Source: an uncultured Acidimicrobiales bacterium
GTDB taxonomy: Bacteria; Actinomycetota; Acidimicrobiia; Acidimicrobiales; CAVXTF01
Direction of reading: 5' to 3'
Assembly (NCBI GenBank): GCA_963764615.1
Contig: CAVXTF010000002.1
Coordinates: 2,016,351 to 2,080,350 of the forward strand
Length of the DNA stretch: 64,000 nucleotides
Of this stretch, positions 7,471-17,182 are shown one piece after another. The translations under genes were made by a program, and so were the position numbers. The number at the start of each line of letters is the position of its first letter. The first letter of the stretch is position 1. The notes below the pieces were generated by a model. The model was given only the letters and a program-made list of their open reading frames with translations. It made no database searches and was not told the origin of the DNA.

Positions 7471-10400
7471 TCAGAGACCAGACATGTCGACGATCGGTCG
7501 CTGCAAAGATCTGCCTGACATCGACCCGTCGAATATCGCGTCACCTTTGTAATAGATCCCCCCTCCGCTGGTAACCATCCAATATCCATGCCCATCGGCT
7601 GTGCCGTCGATGCCGACCACAGGTACACCGGAGCGGATACCACCACTGACCGCTGCAGCGTTGCCGTACGAGAAGACCTGACCATCGGCATTGGCTATCC
7701 AATAACCTTCGCCGTTCGAGGTCGGAGCGAGACCGACCACAACTCCGGCACCTGCATCCTTCGATGGCGATCCGAAATAGCGGGCGCTCCCGAATGCGAA
7801 CACCCCACCGTCCGACGCAACGAGCCAGTACCCATTTCCGTCTGGCGCGACGGCCATTCCGACAATGGGTCTGTTCAGACGCATCGCACCTGTCGAGCCG
7901 TGGAACTTGGCATCACCGAATGTGAACACCCCTCCGTCAGATGCCACGAGCCAGTAGCCCTTACCGTCCGGCGTGACACCCATGGCAACCACGGGCTTGT
8001 TCAGGCGCCTCGAACCCATCGAACCGTAGAACTTCGCATCACCGAATGTGAAGACTCCGCCGTCGGACGCTACGAGCCAGTAGCCATTGCCGTCAACGGT
8101 GGAGGAGATGCCGACAAGCGGCGCGTTGAGCTCGTGCGGGCGCCCCGAGCCAGCCGGTGAGTAGCCGATCTGCGGCAGAGAACCGTGGAATTGTGCGTTC
8201 CCGAAACTGAACACGCCCCCGTCGGCGCCCAGCATCCAGTAGCCGTGACGAACCTGTTGGTCCAACGATCCGGACGATCCTGCGAGCTCAGAGTTCCCTG
8301 AGTACGTCGCAAGGATCACCTGGCTCGCCGAAATGGATATGCGGCTCGTGCACGACGCCGAGTTTGAAGACCCGAGGCTGACGCCGGCGCACAGGGTGGA
8401 GCCGCCGTCATAGAACGTCACTGTCCCGCTCAGCGAACCCTCTCCGGGAGCTGTCACCGACACGTGGGCCAGGAACGTCACCGGTTGCAAAGGTCCCGAC
8501 GAGTCCGGCGAAGAGGTCACGAGCGTGCTCGTGAGGGCCTTCGTTACGATCTGCGTGACCGCGCGAGATTCCGAGGCGTCGAAGTTCATATCTCCGGGGA
8601 AACCCGCCCTCAACTGGATGCCCGATTGGTCCGGTTCGAATTGCATGCTGCACTGAGCAGTCCCGTGGTGGGCTGAATCGTTCCACGAGAGCGTCTCAGC
8701 CGAACACGCCGACACGACGTTCCACGTGTCACCGCCGTTAGCAGAGCTTTCGAATGTGATGGTGCCGGCCGGGTTGACCGGCACGTCACTGCCCGGCGAG
8801 TCGATAGTGATGGTGGCCACGACTGTCACCGTTTGCCCGCTCACGGCGGGGTTCACCACCGCAGACACCTGGGTGGAGGTCCCCGCCTCGTTCACGGTCT
8901 GGGTGACACCCGACGACGTGGAGGGGTCGAAGTTGGGGTCACCCGAGTAGACGGCACGTGTCTCCACGCCAGTAGAGGTCGCATCAAACGAAGTGTCGCA
9001 GCTGGACGTGCCGGTATGGCTGTCTGAGTCCCACGACAGTTCCTGGGTCGCGCAATCAGAGATGTCGCTCCAGTCGTCTCCCCCGTCGGTGGAGTACTGG
9101 AACTCGACGCTCCCAGAAGGCCCGGCGGGAACATCCGACCCGGGCTCGGATATGGACACAGTCGCATCGAGAGCGACGGTCTGTCCCGACACCGAGGTTT
9201 CGGGTGTCGCATCGAGAGAGGTGGTGGTGGCTGCCATGTCGACGGTCTGTGTCTGACTCGGTGAAGTCGACAAGTCGAAGTTCGCATCTCCCGAGTAGAC
9301 GGCGCGGATCTCTATCGGCGAAGAGCCGGCGTCGAACGCCGTCTCACACGAAGCGGTTCCCGTGTGGGTCTCTGAGTCCCAAGACAGTTCCTGGGTCGCG
9401 CAGTCAGAGATTCCGCTCCAGTCGTCTCCGTCGTTGGCGGAGTACTCGAAGTCGACCGTCCCGGTCGGACCCACAGGGTTGTCTGATCCCGGAGCCGTGA
9501 TCGACAGGGTCGCAGTTGCGCCAAACGTCTGTCCCGACACCGAGCTCGATGGAACGAGCGCCACAGATGTGGTGGTCCCGGCCGGGTTGACGTCCTGGGT
9601 GACAGGTGTGACAGAGGTCGATCCCAAGAAGTTGGAGTCGCCCGAGTAGACCGCCTGGATCTCTTCGCCGGATGCCGTTGCCGGCAGTTGCTCTGCGCAG
9701 GCCGCGCTTCCCATGTGGGTCTCTGAGTCCCAAGAAAGGCCCTGGGCCGAGCAGTCAGGGATGTCACTCCAGGTGTCTCCGTCGTCGATGGAGAACTGGA
9801 AGTCGACCGTTCCGGTGGGCGACGTGTTGTCGGTCCCGGGCGGAGTGACCATGACCGACGCCGAGTAGTTGACGGTCTCACCGCTCACAGACGGGTTGGT
9901 GTCGACACCGATGGTCGTAGAGGTGCTCGCCTGGTTGACGGCCTGGGTGTAAGGAGGAGAGGTGGAGCCGAAGAAGTTGGCGTCTCCGGAGTAGACGGCC
10001 TCGAGCTCGACGCTAGAGACCGCAGGCGGCGACGGAAGCGTGCAGGTGGCAGAGCCCGTCAGGCCGACCGAGTCCCACGTAGAGGGCTGAGTCAGACAGC
10101 TTCCGATCGGGTCGAAGGTCGTCCCTGCGTTAGTCGAGATCTCGAACTCGACGGTCCCAGTCGGTGACACAGGATCGTCGGATCCGGGAGCATCGATTGA
10201 GAACACCGCCGTCGCGGTGATGGTCTGCCCTGTGACAGACGGGTTCACCACCGCAGACACCTGGGTAGACGTCGCCGCCTCGTTCACGGTCTGGGTGACA
10301 CCCGACGACGTGGAGGGGTCGAAGTTGGGGTCACCCGAGTAGACGGCGGTGATCGACCACGGGCTACCGGCTGTAACTGCACCCGACGAAGTGCACGAGA

Positions 10401-13400
10401 CCGTTGCACCGCTCTGTCCGACACTGGTCGAGCAAAGCGCTACCAAGGGATCGTCCTGTGCGTCGCGCCCGTAGATCTGGACAGTGCCAGTCAGGTTCGC
10501 CAGCTGAGTTGAGCCGGGCGAGTCCACAGAGACTTCGGCCCGGTAGGTGGCACCCTGGCCGGTTACGACCGTGGGCGCACTCACCACGGTCGAGGTAGTC
10601 GATGCCCTTTGCACGACCTGGGTCATCTGATTGCTCGATTGGATGAACCCCGCGCTTCCCCTGTAAGCGGCGACGATGTTGTAACTGCCGATCGGATAGT
10701 CGATGGTGCATGTTGCGACACCACCGGAGAGCGACGCGTTCACGCAGATCGGAACGATGCCGTTGGAGAAGTCAACGAGGCCGCTCGGAGTGCCCTGACC
10801 AGGCGCAACGGGAGCGACGGTCGCCGTTATGGTCACGGTCTCGCCGAACGAAGACGGATTGTCCGAGGACGTCACCGTCGTGGTGGTGGCGGATTGATTC
10901 ACACCCTGGGTGAGCGTTGAGGACGTCGAGGCCAGATAGTCGGTGCTCATCGAATATGTCGCGGTGAGCCGATGCGTGCCCGCCGTCAGCGTGCTGGACG
11001 GGCAGGACAGCTCGCCGGAGTCGACGGCCCCCGAGCAGAGAGTCGACCCGTCGGAGGAGATCGTGACCGTCCCCGTCGGTGTACCGCCTCCGGGTGCATC
11101 AGGAGTGACGGTCGCCGTGAAGTTCACGTTCTGCCCGTAGGTGCTCGGATTCGTGTCAGACGCGAGCGACGTCGTCGTGGCGTCCGGACCAATGACCTGG
11201 ACAAGTGGGCTTTCTGCGTCGTTCGAAGATGAGTAGTCGGGTGCACCGCTGTAGAACGCCGAGACCAGATAATCCGGTCCACCCGAAACGTCGAGGTCCG
11301 ACACCGTACAGGTCGCCGCTCCGGCTGTGACCGATCGGGACACGCAGCCTGTAACGGGCGAGCCATTCACGTGGAATGTGACCGTTCCATCGCTGGGGAC
11401 TCCGCCTCCAGGCGAGATCGCACCGACCGTCGCGGTGAACGTGATCGCTTGATCGGTCACGGCGTTCTGGGTTGACGTGGACACCGAAGTGGCGGTGGAC
11501 GCCGGCGTGACGTCTTGTATCAGGGCAGAAGACGCCGACGTGTCGAAGTTGGAGTCCCCGTCGTACTCCGCCTGGATCTGATATGGCGCGCTGCCGGCAG
11601 AAAGAATGAGAGTGCATGCAGCTGACGACGATGCGTTGAGCGCGACGCTGTCTCCACCGGAGCACTGCGGAGCAACTCCGGATGTCGGCGTCATCGTGAA
11701 AGTGACGTTCCCGGTGGCGGTACCCGAACCACTGTACGAGACCGTTGCCGTGACGGTCACGCTCTGGCCGGTGACAGATGGGTTCACCGAGGAGGTCTCG
11801 CTCGTGCTGGTCACCTGCTGGCCCACCGTCTCGCTGAGCGTCCCGGACGACGACAGGTAGTCGGCATTACCGCCGTAATTAGCGTCCACGGTGTGGTCCG
11901 CAACCGACAGGCTCGAAGTGGTACACGTGGCCTGGCCCGCGCCGTCGAGCCCGACGTTCGAACACCCGGTGATCTGGCTCCCGTCAGCAGAGAACGCGAC
12001 GTATCCGACAGGCGTCCCCCCTCCCGGAGCCTGCACACTGACCGTCGCGGTGAAGGTCACCGGTTCGCCGTAGCTGGAGGGGCTGAGGTTCGATGAGAGC
12101 CCCGTCGAAGTTGTCGCCGGGTCAACGAACTGCGGCAGACCGCTCGACGTCGAAGTCGAGTAGTTGTCGTCGCCCAGATACACCGCTTGGACTGAAGCGA
12201 TGCCGGCAGGCGGCAGCACGCTCGACGTGCAGCTCGTCGCGCCTGAGCCGTTCAGGCTGCCCGCGCACATCGTTGTCGTGTGCCCACCGACGGTCACTTC
12301 GAGCACCGCTACCCCGGTCGGGGTCCCGGCACCGGGAGAAGCCGAAGAGACGGTGGTTGCATATGTGACTGTTTGTCCGTACACCGACGGGTCCACTGTC
12401 GACGTGGGGGTCGCAGTGGTCGTGGCGTCCGGATTGACCGTCTGCGCGGGTTCAAGGCTCCCGCTCGAAGTCAGGTAGTTCGTGTCCCCCCCGTAGTTGG
12501 CGTCGACCCCGTATGAGGAGCCAGCAGCGAGCAACGAATCAGACGGGATCGAGCAGGTCGCGGTGCTGGCCGAAAGAGCGATGGTGTCCCCGCCGGCGCA
12601 GCTCACGGCTGGTCCGTGGGACGCCGTGATCGTGAACGTGACGCTTCCCGTCGCGCCCGCTGTGGCGCTGGCTGTGAACGACACGGCCTGACCGGATACC
12701 GATGGGTTCTGCGAGGAGGAGACGGTTGTCGTGCTCGGTGCCTTCTCATACGTGAAGGTGCTGCCCGAACCCGTCCCCGAGTCATTGGTCACGGTGACGT
12801 TAACCGGACCCGGCCCACCTGCCGAGCTGCCGGTGGGGGTGTAAAGGGTTATGGACGTGGAGCTGTTCACGATGTAGCAGCCGCTGAAAGGCGGGGAGCC
12901 GCTGCACGTCGTCGTCACCGTTGCAGATCCGACATTCACCGACGACACGTTGTTGAAGTTCGTACCCGTGACCGAGACCTCGGTCCCGCCGGTCATCAAT
13001 CCGGTGCCGGGTGAAAGCGAGGTAACGGTCGCGGGGCCGTACGCGGTGCCGACGTCCAACGCGTCGGCATCGAGCGCGTCGTCGGCGGACACGTAGCCCC
13101 GGTTGTCGAGCGCTCCAGATGCTGTGCTCGCGTCGGATGCGACAGATGCCGCGATGTCGATGCTCGGAAGGGTGGAGGGCGACGAGACGGCAGCGTGCGT
13201 GCAAGTGACGGTTGACTCCACGATCGAACAGCCCCATGAAGAGTCGGTGCCGGAGGTGCTCGTCGGGGTGAGCCCGGCCGGGAACGGGTCCGTGAACGTG
13301 ATCGTCCCGGCCTCGTCCGCCTCCGACAAGCTCGGTGTAAAGGTGTACTGGACAGAGGTTCCCTGCCCGAACTCTCCGCTCTTGTTGTCACTCGCGGTGA

Positions 13401-13575
13401 GCCCAAATGTAGGTATGGCGCTCCCGGTGCCGTTCGAGACGACGACGTTACGAATCTCGTGGTTGTCGGTCGACCCGCCGGTGGAGGCGACCCAACCGAA
13501 CGTCATCTGGTAGGGAATCCCAGACGAGTTGTAGTAGCTGGAGGGGATATCGAGGTCTGAATACTGCGCGCTCAT
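7471..13575 (-). CDS. Giant surface protein, distal part: end of L-type lectin domain, IPT/TIG, 14 Ig-like modules, 6 propeller-like repeats
   Basis: 2034-aa ORF. Its N-terminus YQMTFGWVASTGGSTDNHEIRNVVV is the last strand region of a legume-lectin-like fold. An IPT domain follows (VTSLSPGTGLMTGGTEVSVTGTNF). Next come 14 modules of about 100 aa (..NPSVSGQxVTFTATV..Y.GD.N...S). The C-terminus is 6x GYWLVASDGGVFxFGDAxFxGS. Confidence 0.85.
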   Translation of the reverse strand: MSAQYSDLDIPSSYYNSSGIPYQMTFGWVASTGGSTDNHEIRNVVVSNGTGSAIPTFGLTASDNKSGEFGQGTSVQYTFTPSLSEADEAGTITFTDPFPAGLTPTSTSGTDSSWGCSIVESTVTCTHAAVSSPSTLPSIDIAASVASDASTASGALDNRGYVSADDALDADALDVGTAYGPATVTSLSPGTGLMTGGTEVSVTGTNFNNVSSVNVGSATVTTTCSGSPPFSGCYIVNSSTSITLYTPTGSSAGGPGPVNVTVTNDSGTGSGSTFTYEKAPSTTTVSSSQNPSVSGQAVSFTASATAGATGSVTFTITASHGPAVSCAGGDTIALSASTATCSIPSDSLLAAGSSYGVDANYGGDTNYLTSSGSLEPAQTVNPDATTTATPTSTVDPSVYGQTVTYATTVSSASPGAGTPTGVAVLEVTVGGHTTTMCAGSLNGSGATSCTSSVLPPAGIASVQAVYLGDDNYSTSTSSGLPQFVDPATTSTGLSSNLSPSSYGEPVTFTATVSVQAPGGGTPVGYVAFSADGSQITGCSNVGLDGAGQATCTTSSLSVADHTVDANYGGNADYLSSSGTLSETVGQQVTSTSETSSVNPSVTGQSVTVTATVSYSGSGTATGNVTFTMTPTSGVAPQCSGGDSVALNASSSAACTLILSAGSAPYQIQAEYDGDSNFDTSASSALIQDVTPASTATSVSTSTQNAVTDQAITFTATVGAISPGGGVPSDGTVTFHVNGSPVTGCVSRSVTAGAATCTVSDLDVSGGPDYLVSAFYSGAPDYSSSNDAESPLVQVIGPDATTTSLASDTNPSTYGQNVNFTATVTPDAPGGGTPTGTVTISSDGSTLCSGAVDSGELSCPSSTLTAGTHRLTATYSMSTDYLASTSSTLTQGVNQSATTTTVTSSDNPSSFGETVTITATVAPVAPGQGTPSGLVDFSNGIVPICVNASLSGGVATCTIDYPIGSYNIVAAYRGSAGFIQSSNQMTQVVQRASTTSTVVSAPTVVTGQGATYRAEVSVDSPGSTQLANLTGTVQIYGRDAQDDPLVALCSTSVGQSGATVSCTSSGAVTAGSPWSITAVYSGDPNFDPSTSSGVTQTVNEAATSTQVSAVVNPSVTGQTITATAVFSIDAPGSDDPVSPTGTVEFEISTNAGTTFDPIGSCLTQPSTWDSVGLTGSATCTLPSPPAVSSVELEAVYSGDANFFGSTSPPYTQAVNQASTSTTIGVDTNPSVSGETVNYSASVMVTPPGTDNTSPTGTVDFQFSIDDGDTWSDIPDCSAQGLSWDSETHMGSAACAEQLPATASGEEIQAVYSGDSNFLGSTSVTPVTQDVNPAGTTTSVALVPSSSVSGQTFGATATLSITAPGSDNPVGPTGTVDFEYSANDGDDWSGISDCATQELSWDSETHTGTASCETAFDAGSSPIEIRAVYSGDANFDLSTSPSQTQTVDMAATTTSLDATPETSVSGQTVALDATVSISEPGSDVPAGPSGSVEFQYSTDGGDDWSDISDCATQELSWDSDSHTGTSSCDTSFDATSTGVETRAVYSGDPNFDPSTSSGVTQTVNEAGTSTQVSAVVNPAVSGQTVTVVATITIDSPGSDVPVNPAGTITFESSANGGDTWNVVSACSAETLSWNDSAHHGTAQCSMQFEPDQSGIQLRAGFPGDMNFDASESRAVTQIVTKALTSTLVTSSPDSSGPLQPVTFLAHVSVTAPGEGSLSGTVTFYDGGSTLCAGVSLGSSNSASCTSRISISASQVILATYSGNSELAGSSGSLDQQVRHGYWMLGADGGVFSFGNAQFHGSLPQIGYSPAGSGRPHELNAPLVGISSTVDGNGYWLVASDGGVFTFGDAKFYGSMGSRRLNKPVVAMGVTPDGKGYWLVASDGGVFTFGDAKFHGSTGAMRLNRPIVGMAVAPDGNGYWLVASDGGVFAFGSARYFGSPSKDAGAGVVVGLAPTSNGEGYWIANADGQVFSYGNAAAVSGGIRSGVPVVGIDGTADGHGYWMVTSGGGIYYKGDAIFDGSMSGRSLQRPIVDMSGL

Positions 13576-14518
13576 TGAGTTCTGGAAGGCCTCCGGTCAT
13601 GCGTCTGCTTAGCTCCCACCAACCGGGGTCCACTGCACTCGCGTATGACGTGCGGGGCACGACCAGTCCCGAAGCTGTGGTGAACGCACTACCCGTCGGG
13701 TTGACGGCCACCTCGACCGGGACATCTGTGGCCGTCGACGCGCGGAGCGCAGCCGAGCCATCGATATAGGGTCCGCCGATCTCGCAATAGCCGTCGTCGC
13801 CGTTGCCGGGACCCCGGACCGAGACGGCCTCCGGAGTCTTTGAGGCGTTGCCGGGATCATCCTGGCCGGCACAGTCACTGCCGTCGGCCATTGTGGTGGA
13901 GAAGTTGCCGAATGCGTCGAGGCCGATGCCCAGATATCCGAAGCTCAGGCCGTTGTCCCCCTCGCCCACGTTGGGGGCGTACCCGAGGCTGCCACCCGTG
14001 TACCCGATCTTGGAGGGAGGCCGAGGATCGGTGGGGTTCGCCATGGCGAGCGCGAAAGCGATTCCGTCCGCTCCTGTCCCGCCGAACTGGTACGAGTCGA
14101 AGGTGACGTCGAGCCCCTGGGTCGCTGGAAGGCTCGTGGCCGAGAAGATCCCGCCTTCCTCACTAAGTCCTGTGTCTGTGAATCGTAGGAAGCCGCTCCC
14201 GTTCGGGTCCGGCGAATCCGAGCACTGGGATATCGCGGACGCTCCCGACGGGGTTCCTCCAGCGGTGAGACATGCCTCGCTCGGCGGAGCCTGTGGACTT
14301 CCAGAAGGCAGGTCAGGGAGCACGATCTCGGAGGTCGGGACGGTGTTGTTCTCGAACGTCTCTGAGAACAGCTGCACGCCGGAAGCAAAAGCTGGAGTCG
14401 CAGCTGAAACGGAAATGACGGCGACACCGATCGCCACTGCGAGAAACGCACCAACGGTCGAGCCCGGCGTAATGGTGCGAGGCGAAGCAGTGCGCGCCCA
14501 AACTGTCCCCGACTTCAT
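13448..14518 (-). CDS. Giant surface protein, proximal part: signal peptide + L-type (legume-like) lectin domain, out of frame with 7471..13575
   Basis: GGAGGG at 14526-14531 precedes the ATG at 14518 (MKSGTVWART..AIGVAVISVSAATPAFA signal peptide). The lectin-like motifs are FLRFTDTG, DGIAFALA and LGIGLDAFGN. The last ~35 codons of this ORF are an R-rich out-of-frame tail that overlaps the next ORF. Confidence 0.75.
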   Translation of the reverse strand: MKSGTVWARTASPRTITPGSTVGAFLAVAIGVAVISVSAATPAFASGVQLFSETFENNTVPTSEIVLPDLPSGSPQAPPSEACLTAGGTPSGASAISQCSDSPDPNGSGFLRFTDTGLSEEGGIFSATSLPATQGLDVTFDSYQFGGTGADGIAFALAMANPTDPRPPSKIGYTGGSLGYAPNVGEGDNGLSFGYLGIGLDAFGNFSTTMADGSDCAGQDDPGNASKTPEAVSVRGPGNGDDGYCEIGGPYIDGSAALRASTATDVPVEVAVNPTGSAFTTASGLVVPRTSYASAVDPGWWELSRRMTGGLPELNERAVFRPRYPLQLLQLVWDSLPDDVRLGRLHRRVDRQPRDS

Positions 14519-14623
14519 AATCTGACCCTCCAAAAGATCGTCTGCCGCGACTACCAGAGGCGATCGTCACGCTGAAGATGAAGCTCGTGACGAACGACCG
14601 GTCAATCGACTGGGAAATCGTTA

Positions 14624-14670
14624 GCTATTGCGGCTATTGCGGCTATTGCGGCGAAGCATCGGCTATCCGC
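14624..14670. repeat. 3 perfect tandem copies of GCTATTGCG plus a degenerate 4th (GCTATCCGC)
   Basis: The copies lie at 14624-14632, 14633-14641 and 14642-14650, with the degenerate copy at 14662-14670. This is about 105-150 nt upstream of the giant gene's start. Confidence 0.85.
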
Positions 14671-14890
14671 ACCCGCGGGCTGATTCCGCCCACGAGTGAT
14701 TTCCTTTACCTCATTCGCAGCAGTGGCCAGTGAATCGCCGAAACTGGCAATCACCTCGCGAGATTCTCAACCTCGGCACCACGCGGTCTTCAGAACAACG
14801 GACGCCCATAATCTTCGAAATCCCCACTTTGCGACGCCTCGGATATGGCAGCATTAATCAATTAACGGGCTGCATGAAGGGGGGCCCGCC

Positions 14891-15659
14891 GTGGCGTTTC
14901 AAAGCAGGGAAAGAAGTCTGCGCTCGGTATTGTGGGCCGGGGCGAGCTTCGCTGTCGCTCTCATCGGCCTCTTCACCGCCATGCACGAAAGTGCCGCGCA
15001 CGGGGCGTGTGCAGCAGCCGTCAAGGGTATTGCCATAGGGGTCAACCATGCAGGGCTCAACTGCGGGTTCTCTGACACGTCGTACTGGGCCGGCATCGTC
15101 ATTTGCCTTGCGGGCTTCTTGTCGTTGATCGCCACCGCCGGGTCAGCCATATCGACCGAGACAAAAGCCCGGGCGCTTAGCCGGACCCGACAGGGCCTTT
15201 CGAACAGGCGGAACGCGTCAGGGCAGATCATCGATCCGACCGATCCCGCCACCCGCTGGCGGCTCGACCCGGCGACAAATTGGCGACCGGGACCTGCGGG
15301 ATGGCACGCAGGCCCCTCGGCCGCAGCTCCGTTCGTCCCTCCGGTCCGGCACCCCGAGGACGCGGGAGGCTCTGCATTCGGAAGCGGGTCGAATAGCGCC
15401 GAAGACCTCGCGCTCGAATTCTCGTTCGGAACCCGCTCGTTCGAACGTCGTTCTCCTCGAGCCGGCTCCGACGCGTGCGCCAGCTAAGCCCGAGCAGCCT
15501 GCCGCTCCCCCACCCGTGAGATCCACGGCCGATGAACCGTCATCGGTGCCGGCCGGCATTCTGCCTCCACCCGCGTGGTACCCCGACCCCGAACGCCCCG
15601 ATGCGATCCGATGGTGGGGCGGCAACGGTTGGGGCGAGTCACGAGCTAACCCGAACTGA
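14891..15659 (+). CDS. Two-TM membrane protein with C-terminal DUF2510-like motif (frame change needed near 15440-15487)
   Basis: ORF 14891..15487 has two hydrophobic helices. A different open frame downstream encodes PAWYPDPERPDAIRWWGGNGWGE*, with its stop at 15657-15659. That is the WYPDP..RWWDG..W signature. Confidence 0.45.
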
Positions 15660-17061
15660 TCGACGGGACCGCGTCGAAACCGACGGCGGCCTCGAGCGCG
15701 GCCGCGGACCGCAGGACGACAAGGTCGGCGTGCTGGGGTCCGACCAGCTGAATCCCCACAGGCAGTCCGTTCGACGTCCTCCCTACGCAGACAGTTGCGG
15801 CCGGTGACCTGGTCATGTTGAACGGGTAGGTGAAGCGCACCCAGTTCGCCTCTTGCACACCGTTCACGATCCCGGCACCTTGAAGCGAACGGGGTGGCGG
15901 TGGCCCCGCGCACGTGGGTGTGACCAGGAGCCGCACATCGTGGAACAACTCGACCAGCCTCAGATTCAACATGTGGCAGGCGTCGGTCGCGCGCACGAGA
16001 TCCTCCGCCGACGTATTGGTCGCCGCATGATCGACCATGGCGGCGAGCAGTGGATCCACCTTCTGCCACTTCTCGGTGTTGCGGAACGGGCTGAGACTGC
16101 GGACGCAATAGGCCGACACGAGGGTGAGCCAATCGGTCACCGGATCCTCGTCGAAGACGTCTGGAACCTCGATGACCTCGGTGCCGAGCGAGACCAGGAC
16201 CTCGACAGCCCGTGTGCAGATCGCACGCACTTCGTCGTCGAGAGGTGCATATCCGAGAGTGGGCGACCAGGCGACCTTCGAAGGGACCTTCGCGTCGTTC
16301 AGCGTCGCGGGCCACGACGTTTCGGGTCGGGGTAGCGACCGCAAGTCGCTCGGATCCGGTCCGACGGCGACATCGAGCGCGGCGGCGATGTCCGAGATGC
16401 GACGCGCCATCGGACCTCGTGTCGAAAGGTCCATCCAGTCTGGGGGCTTGGGGCCACCTGACGGGACCCTCCCGAGCGAAGGCTTCATACCGGAGAGCCC
16501 GCAACACGAAGAAGGAATGCGTATCGAGCCGCCGCCGTCCGAACCGGTGCCGAGCGGGATCATTCCCGCTGCGATCGCAGCTGCCGTTCCTCCAGAGGAC
16601 CCACCCGCGCTGTGCTCGAGATTCCACGGGTTGGATGTCGCTCCGAAGAGAGCGTTGTCGGTATCGCCCTTGTGTCCTAGCTCAGGCGTGTTCGTCTTCC
16701 CGACGACGATGGCACCGGCGGCCTTGAGGCGCGCTACGAGAATCGAATCCTGCTCGGCCGGCGGGTCATCAGCGAACAGGACGGATCCTTCGGTGGTCAC
16801 GAACCCTGCGGCGTCTTCGAGGTCCTTGACGCCGAAGGGGATACCGGCGAGCGGGCCGGGATCGCGGCCGGCGGCGACCGCCGAGTCCACTGCAGCGGCC
16901 GCGTCGAGTGCACGGTCTCCGTCCACCGCGACGAACGCGTTGACCACGGGATTCAGAGCTTCGATACGCGATAGGGCATGCTCCATGACCTCGCGTGCAG
17001 AGAGCTCACCGGACCTGACCAGAGAGGCGAGCTCGACGATGGAGTCCCTGCAGAAATCCAT
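15646..17061 (-). CDS. Amidase (amidase-signature family)
   Basis: GIPFGVKD, GGSSGGTAAAIAAG and GTGSDGGGSIRIPSSCCG together form the Ser-cisSer-Lys amidase signature. The start is set at MDFCRDSIVELASLVRSGELS. The 158-codon upstream extension of the 629-aa ORF looks non-coding. Confidence 0.9.
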   Translation of the reverse strand: MDFCRDSIVELASLVRSGELSAREVMEHALSRIEALNPVVNAFVAVDGDRALDAAAAVDSAVAAGRDPGPLAGIPFGVKDLEDAAGFVTTEGSVLFADDPPAEQDSILVARLKAAGAIVVGKTNTPELGHKGDTDNALFGATSNPWNLEHSAGGSSGGTAAAIAAGMIPLGTGSDGGGSIRIPSSCCGLSGMKPSLGRVPSGGPKPPDWMDLSTRGPMARRISDIAAALDVAVGPDPSDLRSLPRPETSWPATLNDAKVPSKVAWSPTLGYAPLDDEVRAICTRAVEVLVSLGTEVIEVPDVFDEDPVTDWLTLVSAYCVRSLSPFRNTEKWQKVDPLLAAMVDHAATNTSAEDLVRATDACHMLNLRLVELFHDVRLLVTPTCAGPPPPRSLQGAGIVNGVQEANWVRFTYPFNMTRSPAATVCVGRTSNGLPVGIQLVGPQHADLVVLRSAAALEAAVGFDAVPSISSG

Positions 17062-17182
17062 GGCACCTGCGTAGCACGTCGGCGCCTGCTGGACCTCGTG
17101 GACCGACGGCGACCTTTCGCCGACCTGTGCCTCGACAGGCCCGATAGGAATCAGATGGCCGATCCCCATTACCCTGGTCGAG

